This document shows, piece after piece, positions 27,300 to 32,678 of a stretch of DNA of 32,678 nt. Source of the stretch: Methanobacteriota archaeon (GTDB lineage: Archaea > Thermoplasmatota > Poseidoniia > Poseidoniales > Poseidoniaceae); the NCBI GenBank assembly GCA_018650165.1, contig JABIGM010000006.1, forward strand, positions 1-32,678, given 5' to 3'. The notes below the pieces were generated by a model, which was given only the letters and a program-made list of their open reading frames with translations, was not told the origin of the DNA and searched no databases. The first letter of the stretch is position 1. The number at the start of each line of letters is the position of its first letter. Position numbers and translations under genes: made by a program.

Positions 27300-28319
27300 A
27301 TGGAATTAACTGCTTGGCAGAAAATTTGTCACCGCATTCTTGGTAAAGCATTCAAGAAAAAAGCCCGTTCCGACCAAGTGCTTTCTGATAACTTAGTAAA
27401 AGGAAACATTGGGGTAATGCCAGAAGTTTATCTCGCCCAAGTGTTCGTTACAACCGTTGCAGTCACTGTAATTTGTGGAGTTTTGCTAACAGCCATCTTT
27501 TTGCCAGAAATCGGCTTAATTGATTGGTATGAGTCACGGCCAGATACTTCTACAGCATTAGCTTGCTACGAGTGGGAATATTGGAATGCAGACCTTGTTG
27601 ATGAGACATTAGAAAGTCGCGGTTGCCCATATTTCAAATATATGGAATTCCCTGTATTTGGAGCCATTGGACTTCCTGTTTTACTCGGATTTATAGTTCC
27701 ATTTGGGACATACAAATATCTCAAAGGTGCAGCCGGAAGAGCAGCAAAACTTCGTGGTGTAACGCTAGAGAAGTTTTTGCCATATGCGGCATCTTATACT
27801 GCTGCAATGGCTGCAGCAAATGCCACACCACACAAGATTTTCCGTTCTTTAGCATTGAATGAAGATATCTATGGCGAGATAGCTTATGATTCAGCAATGA
27901 TTTATCGAGATGTAACTTTACTCGGTTTTGATTTGCTGACTGCGATGAAAATGGCTGTTGACCGAGCAGCATCCCCCTGGATGACTGAGTTCTTCCAAGG
28001 AATGGTTGGAACATTAACTGCTGGAGGCTCACTCAAACTGTACTTTTTGAATCGTGCTGAACACTACATGCGTGAAAATCGTACAAGACTTCATGACTTC
28101 CTAGAATCACTTGCAATGCTAGCGGAATCATATATTGTGGTTGCAGTTGCTATGCCACTGTTCCTGATTGTAATGCTCGTCATTATGTTCTGGGTTAGCG
28201 GTGCAGGTGCCCAAATGGAAGAGAGCACTTTGTATCTTGTTGTTCTAGTGGTTCTACCAATGATTCATGGACTATTTGCGTTCATTGTATGGTCCTCAAG
28301 TGAAGAACAAAAAATGTGA
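27300..28319 (+). CDS. TadC/ArlJ-like (T2SSF) membrane platform protein 1
   Basis: FLPYAASY...YGEIA T2SSF-type region and TM helices; SD GGAGG. Confidence 0.85.
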   Translation: MELTAWQKICHRILGKAFKKKARSDQVLSDNLVKGNIGVMPEVYLAQVFVTTVAVTVICGVLLTAIFLPEIGLIDWYESRPDTSTALACYEWEYWNADLVDETLESRGCPYFKYMEFPVFGAIGLPVLLGFIVPFGTYKYLKGAAGRAAKLRGVTLEKFLPYAASYTAAMAAANATPHKIFRSLALNEDIYGEIAYDSAMIYRDVTLLGFDLLTAMKMAVDRAASPWMTEFFQGMVGTLTAGGSLKLYFLNRAEHYMRENRTRLHDFLESLAMLAESYIVVAVAMPLFLIVMLVIMFWVSGAGAQMEESTLYLVVLVVLPMIHGLFAFIVWSSSEEQKM

Positions 28320-28334
28320 TTAGGAGGTGAAATA

Positions 28335-29846
28335 ATGGCGCGTAAAAAAGAGAAAATAACAGTAAAACTCGATTTACCAAAAGACGATTCGACTCTCACT
28401 AAATTATATGCGATTCTTGCAGTCAGTATTTTCTTCGGATTAGCATGTTTCACCTTTTGGATTACAAATTCGCATTTCACAACTGCAGCGAATGGACAAC
28501 CACTCTTCGTCAACACGTTTTGCAAGTACGATTCAACTTATATTCCCACATTTGCTGATAACGAATCATGTTCAATATTGAAGGATGAACCTGATGTATT
28601 GATTATGGAACCTGAAAAAAATTGGGTGGAATTCCTAGCCCTCGGTCAGATGTTTGATGTTCCTGGAATGGATGAGAACGTTTCTGATGTTAGGCCTGCC
28701 CAACCACTGGTCGGTACCTGTTCAGTAACAACTGCTGTTCCTTCTGATTATAATTTTATTATCAATGACCCAGAAGGTAAGGAGTTGCAAAGATATAGCG
28801 GCAATACCCATGCTAAAGGGGACAAATGTGAACTTCGCATTGAAAACATGGAGCGGGGAAACTTGTACCAGGTAGTGATTTTTTCTGAAGAGGAAGTACA
28901 AGATGCATCTTACACCCTTGAAATGGATTACTATGATGGAATTCCAGAAAATATGAACAACAAATCACAATGGATTGGTCCGGAAGTTGAGTTAGGTGGA
29001 TTTTCTCTGCGTCCAACTATTTTCCTGAACTTCTTCGGCCTTGGATTCTTCATCACATTTTGGCCAGCCTCCTTTTATTGGGATAAAGTCACGGAGAAGA
29101 CTAACCGTATGGAAGCGAAATTCCCCGATTTCCTTAGAGATCTTGCAGAGTATTGGAAGGGAGGTCTGTCCATGACAGTGGCAGTTCAAACGCTGGCGAC
29201 GAGTGAATACGGTGCTCTGAACCACGAAGTCAAAAAAATGAGTGACCAATTATCATGGGGTGTTGCATTTGGTGACGTTATCGAAATGTTCGCAGTAAGA
29301 GTCGGAACACCTCTCGTTATGCGTGCGATTTCACTAATTTCTGAAGCGAATAGAGCCGGTGGAAAGATTTCTGATATTCTTGTTACTGCTGCTAACGATA
29401 GTCGTGAAATTAAGTTCCTTGAAGGGGAACGTAAACGTACAATTTCCTCATATATCTCAGTTATTTGGACTTCATACGGTGTTTTCCTAGGTGTTATTGT
29501 AGTTCTTGCTAAGGTTTTCATTCCAGCGATTGCAGGTTCCAATTCCGAACCGAGTGACGATGATGCTGCAGGTGGAGGACAACAGTTGGGTAACATGGTT
29601 ATCCGTAATATCGAACCACTGTTTTTCTTGACAATTTTCTATTATGGTGTTACTATGCAAGCATTGGGTAATGGCTTAATGGCTGGTTTGATGGCTACTG
29701 GCAGATTTACCACAGGAATGAAAATCTCTGGAATGATGATTCTATTAGCAATGGTCTGTTTTAATTTCATTGTATTTACTCCTGATCTGATTGGTATCAC
29801 TACTTTGCCTGCACTAAAACCAGCAGCAGGTACATTCTCACCATGA
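28335..29846 (+). CDS. TadC/ArlJ-like (T2SSF) platform protein 2 with a large N-terminal extracytoplasmic insertion
   Basis: FPDFLRDLAE...YGALNHEV...GGKISDIL motifs; SD GGAGGTGA. Confidence 0.87.
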   Translation: MARKKEKITVKLDLPKDDSTLTKLYAILAVSIFFGLACFTFWITNSHFTTAANGQPLFVNTFCKYDSTYIPTFADNESCSILKDEPDVLIMEPEKNWVEFLALGQMFDVPGMDENVSDVRPAQPLVGTCSVTTAVPSDYNFIINDPEGKELQRYSGNTHAKGDKCELRIENMERGNLYQVVIFSEEEVQDASYTLEMDYYDGIPENMNNKSQWIGPEVELGGFSLRPTIFLNFFGLGFFITFWPASFYWDKVTEKTNRMEAKFPDFLRDLAEYWKGGLSMTVAVQTLATSEYGALNHEVKKMSDQLSWGVAFGDVIEMFAVRVGTPLVMRAISLISEANRAGGKISDILVTAANDSREIKFLEGERKRTISSYISVIWTSYGVFLGVIVVLAKVFIPAIAGSNSEPSDDDAAGGGQQLGNMVIRNIEPLFFLTIFYYGVTMQALGNGLMAGLMATGRFTTGMKISGMMILLAMVCFNFIVFTPDLIGITTLPALKPAAGTFSP

Positions 29847-29855
29847 GGTGCTAGT

Positions 29856-30293
29856 GTGCATAATGATGATAGCGCCCAAGTTCACATCCTAGAGATGCTG
29901 ACTTTATTTTGGTTGTTTTTCATGACTGCTGCATTTTTGATTACTATCAATGTGCCAGATGAACCAAGTATTTCACTAGACGCAGAAATGCACTTTGCTG
30001 GTGAAGATGCGATTAATTTGGGCTTGGCAACAGCTTCAGAAGATGGAACTTATGATTCAAAATTAGCAGAATTATTGGCCGCTGGAAATGAGGATGATGC
30101 ATGTGAAATGGTTCAAAATTATCTTGCAAGTGGGCTTGAAACAAATTGTTGGTTAGCAAAAGATTCAGGAACATCTCAGCCTTATGGTGAAGTTGCAAAC
30201 CCTGGTTCTCGAACAGTCACTGCTCACGGGTTGGTTGCAGTTGATGACCATCTTTGGACAATTAGTCTCGACATATGGGAGCGTGGCTCCTGA
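29856..30293 (+). CDS. Pilin-like protein with class III signal peptide
   Basis: MHNDDSA|QVHILEMLTLFWLFFM; SD GAGGTG; GTG start. Confidence 0.7.
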   Translation: MHNDDSAQVHILEMLTLFWLFFMTAAFLITINVPDEPSISLDAEMHFAGEDAINLGLATASEDGTYDSKLAELLAAGNEDDACEMVQNYLASGLETNCWLAKDSGTSQPYGEVANPGSRTVTAHGLVAVDDHLWTISLDIWERGS

Positions 30294-30727
30294 TGAGAAA
30301 TAGTAGCAAAGACGAACGCGGGCAGATGCTATTAGCGACAGGAGTTGTATTGATGATGTCACTATTATCAATGGCAATATTTGGTGTGAAAATGGCAGGG
30401 ATTTCAATGCCATATGATACTGCAGGAGATGATTCAATACAAGCATCTGGAGATATTGCTGAAACTTTACCATCACTAACTGAGGCTAGAGCACAGGTGT
30501 GGTATGATGCTGGCCTTTCAGAGTTTGAAAGCGTTGACAAGTCAATTAATTCCCTACACGATGATGTTTTGCACCATGGTGAACTCAGAGGAGTCGAATT
30601 AAAATTGCTTAATATTACAGTAGTTGAATTGGATGGTGTAGTTTCAGTCAGTGCCGAATTAGGCGCAGCAGACAGAAACTCTATGCTGACTCGAATAATC
30701 TCGTTTGAAATAGATCTCGATGACTAA
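30293..30727 (+). CDS. Pilin-like protein with class III signal peptide
   Basis: MRNSSKDERG|QMLLATGVVLMMSLL; TGATG stop/start coupling at 30291-30295. Confidence 0.75.
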   Translation: MRNSSKDERGQMLLATGVVLMMSLLSMAIFGVKMAGISMPYDTAGDDSIQASGDIAETLPSLTEARAQVWYDAGLSEFESVDKSINSLHDDVLHHGELRGVELKLLNITVVELDGVVSVSAELGAADRNSMLTRIISFEIDLDD

Positions 30728-31390
30728 TCAGCGAGTTTTACGCCATTCATTCCAAGCCAAGTCGAACCAGTGGTTGACACGTTCCATCGTATCTTTTGTA
30801 CGAGTCGGATCTAAGGTATTCCAGTCAGCAAGTCTTGCTTTTTCTTTCAAAGAATCTTGAATTGAACGGATTCTTGGTAGTGCTGAGATATAACGGTCTG
30901 CATTTCTGAATGAATGGCTTTCCCGTTGTTTCAGAAAGCTGGTGTGCTGTGCTTCATCTTCTACATGCATGACAATCCCGATTGCAATGCCGCCTGCATC
31001 TTGCCAAGAGCGTAAGATTCGTACACTCGGCTCTATGTGGACTCCCTCTAAAATTAAATCAATACCTTCTCTTCTCGCTCTTTCAATTGTGGCAAACACA
31101 CCCGCTTCAACGGATTTACATGTGTCTTGCCAATCTAATACAGCATCTCCGGATTCACCACGTGAAAATGATGAGCGGTGTAAAGGTGAATTTTCAGTTG
31201 TATCAACAACACGCATAATTTCGCGAATCGCATCTGTAGATAATAGCCGTGCAAATGAATGTTCATTAGCGATTTTCAAGGCAGTAGTCGACTTACCAAC
31301 TCCGGTAGCACCTGCAATTAATACGAGAATCGGAGGCCGTCCCGTGACTTTCGTCGTCGTCGTACCAGCGATACCTATCCTCTTCGCCAT
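30728..31390 (-). CDS. 2-phosphoglycerate-kinase-family P-loop kinase without an ATP cone
   Basis: GATGVGKST, STDAIRE and LEGVH motifs. Confidence 0.75.
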   Translation of the reverse strand: MAKRIGIAGTTTTKVTGRPPILVLIAGATGVGKSTTALKIANEHSFARLLSTDAIREIMRVVDTTENSPLHRSSFSRGESGDAVLDWQDTCKSVEAGVFATIERARREGIDLILEGVHIEPSVRILRSWQDAGGIAIGIVMHVEDEAQHTSFLKQRESHSFRNADRYISALPRIRSIQDSLKEKARLADWNTLDPTRTKDTMERVNHWFDLAWNEWRKTR

Positions 31391-31415
31391 CAGTCGTTGC
31401 TATGCCTGCTGGCTA

Positions 31416-31420
31416 ATCAA
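31416..31420 (-). promoter_or_regulatory. Putative TATA-position element TTGAT
   Basis: Begins 30 nt before ATG 31390. Confidence 0.55.
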
Positions 31421-31470
31421 GACGACCCTAGATGGGAGAGGCTTTGAGGCGGTTCCTCCTCGCCTCAACC

Positions 31471-32678
31471 ATGACGAGCGAACAGATGTTGATTGCTGGG
31501 GAATGGTGTGATGCTGAAGATGGTGCAACTGCGGATGTACTCAACCCTGCGAGTGGAGAGATTATTGCCACTACGCCAAAGGCCACAATTGGTGATGTTG
31601 AAAGGTGTGTTACAGCTTCAAGAACAGCACTCGAATCCAAGGATTGGGCGGCTATGGATCCTGCACAACGTGGTAGAATCTTACAAAAGATGGCAGCAGC
31701 AACATATGCTAACGCTAAGAGTTTAGCCGCATTGGAATCTTCCAATAATGGCAAAACATTCCGTGAAGCACTAAGTGAAATCCGTTATGGTGCTTGGACT
31801 TTAGAGTACTTTGCAGGATTATCAGATAAGATAGAAGGAAGCACAATTCCAGTTCCGGGCAATCGCCTAAATTACACTTTGAGGCAACCTCTTGGAGTTA
31901 CAGCACATATCGTGCCATGGAATTTCCCACTACAACTTGCAATACGTTCTATTGCACCTGCTCTTGCAGCAGGTTGTACTGTAATCGCTAAGCCAGCATC
32001 ATGGACGCCTCTTTCTCTTCTCGCTTGGGCTAAAGCCATGCAAGATGCAGAAGTCGGTTTACCTGCTGATGTATTGCAGGTGATCACAGGCTCAGGTGGC
32101 TTAATTGGTGATGCTCTTGCAGGACACGCAGGAGTAGATGGAGTAGTTTTGACTGGCGGAGTTCCAACCGGTCAGGCAGTTATGGCCAAGGCTAGTGAGA
32201 ATCTAACCCCGGTAACTCTTGAGTTAGGTGGAAAGGGCGCAAATATTGTATTCTCAGATGCCAATTTACGTCACAGTGCAAAGGCAATCTGCTTTGGTAT
32301 ATTCATGAATGCAGGACAGATGTGTTGGGCTGGGTCCCGTCTCATTGTTCACGAAGATGTTCATGATGAATTGGTAGATGCAGTAGTTGCAGAAATCTCC
32401 AAGTGGCCAGTTGGACCTGGGATGGAAGAAGGAGTTCGTATGGGAAGTATGGTTCATACAACTCATCGTGATGACGTACTAAACATGCTTGCTAAGGGAT
32501 TAGAGCAAGGTGGAGAAGTAGTATGTGGTGGAAATGCAATAGACCGTGAGGGAGCATTCATGGAAGCGACAGTTGTTACTGGAGTCTCCAGTGATAATCT
32601 ACTATTCCAAGAGGAATTATTCGGACCAGTTCTTGCAGTAACCAAGTTTAGTGAGGATTCAGAAGCTCTTGCACTGGC
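31471..32678 (+). CDS. NAD(P)-dependent aldehyde dehydrogenase, 3' end outside the window
   Basis: Manual translation MTSEQMLIAGEW...NPASGE...PWNFPL...KPA...LELGGK...NAGQMC...EELFGPV. Not in the ORF track. Confidence 0.93.
   Translation, partial: MTSEQMLIAGEWCDAEDGATADVLNPASGEIIATTPKATIGDVERCVTASRTALESKDWAAMDPAQRGRILQKMAAATYANAKSLAALESSNNGKTFREALSEIRYGAWTLEYFAGLSDKIEGSTIPVPGNRLNYTLRQPLGVTAHIVPWNFPLQLAIRSIAPALAAGCTVIAKPASWTPLSLLAWAKAMQDAEVGLPADVLQVITGSGGLIGDALAGHAGVDGVVLTGGVPTGQAVMAKASENLTPVTLELGGKGANIVFSDANLRHSAKAICFGIFMNAGQMCWAGSRLIVHEDVHDELVDAVVAEISKWPVGPGMEEGVRMGSMVHTTHRDDVLNMLAKGLEQGGEVVCGGNAIDREGAFMEATVVTGVSSDNLLFQEELFGPVLAVTKFSEDSEALAL

Noticed and set aside
25745-29846. Calling the locus an archaellum motor (arlI/arlJ)
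   Set aside because: No arlH, arlF, arlG or arlCDE; two separate T2SSF genes fit a Tad/pilus system better.
104-32645. Many short ORF-track entries antisense to or nested in long genes (e.g. 104..463, 9412..9963, 23911..24555, 26257..26868, 30942..31511)
   Set aside because: They are shadows of well-supported genes, with no motifs or start signals.
31471-32678. ALDH as the P6C dehydrogenase partner of the lysine aminotransferase
   Set aside because: It is 29 kb away and shows generic ALDH motifs only; substrate cannot be inferred.
1-32678. CRISPR arrays, rRNA, IS elements, inteins
   Set aside because: No spaced repeats, rRNA-like tracts, transposase motifs or intein signatures were seen.

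Overview
Gene-dense archaeal chromosomal segment of roughly 42% GC (estimated by eye). It most likely comes from a Marine Group II euryarchaeon (Ca. Poseidoniales, Thermoplasmatota); this is inferred from Bud32, archaellin/class III signal peptides, a CCA-less tRNA and many acidic membrane-anchored surface proteins. It holds about 33 CDS and one tRNA-Gly(GCC). Two CDS run off the window edges and are missing from the ORF track: 1..849 (-) and 31471..end (+). Contents: protein/amino-acid catabolism genes (lysine 6-aminotransferase-like, M17 and M14 peptidases), a polyamine operon, a 982-aa surface protein, two archaellin-like genes after the tRNA, an Mrp/DUF971 pair, housekeeping genes (bud32, nadA, fluc, rdgB, crotonase), an ABC exporter and a Tad/type IV pilus locus. 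No CRISPR array, rRNA, transposase or integrase was seen. Best leads: (1) agmatinase plus a pyruvoyl-decarboxylase::deoxyhypusine-synthase-like fusion, possibly a full arginine-to-homospermidine or agmatine-based aIF5A-modification pathway in two genes; (2) a non-canonical TATA-position motif, TT[G/C]A[A/T], 29-30 nt upstream of 11 of 16 apparently leaderless starts; (3) a cysteine-free Mrp/ApbC ATPase next to a 4-Cys DUF971 protein; (4) an archaellin-like gene whose signal peptide is only intact with an ATA start. Family assignments come from motif recognition and memory, not from database searches.
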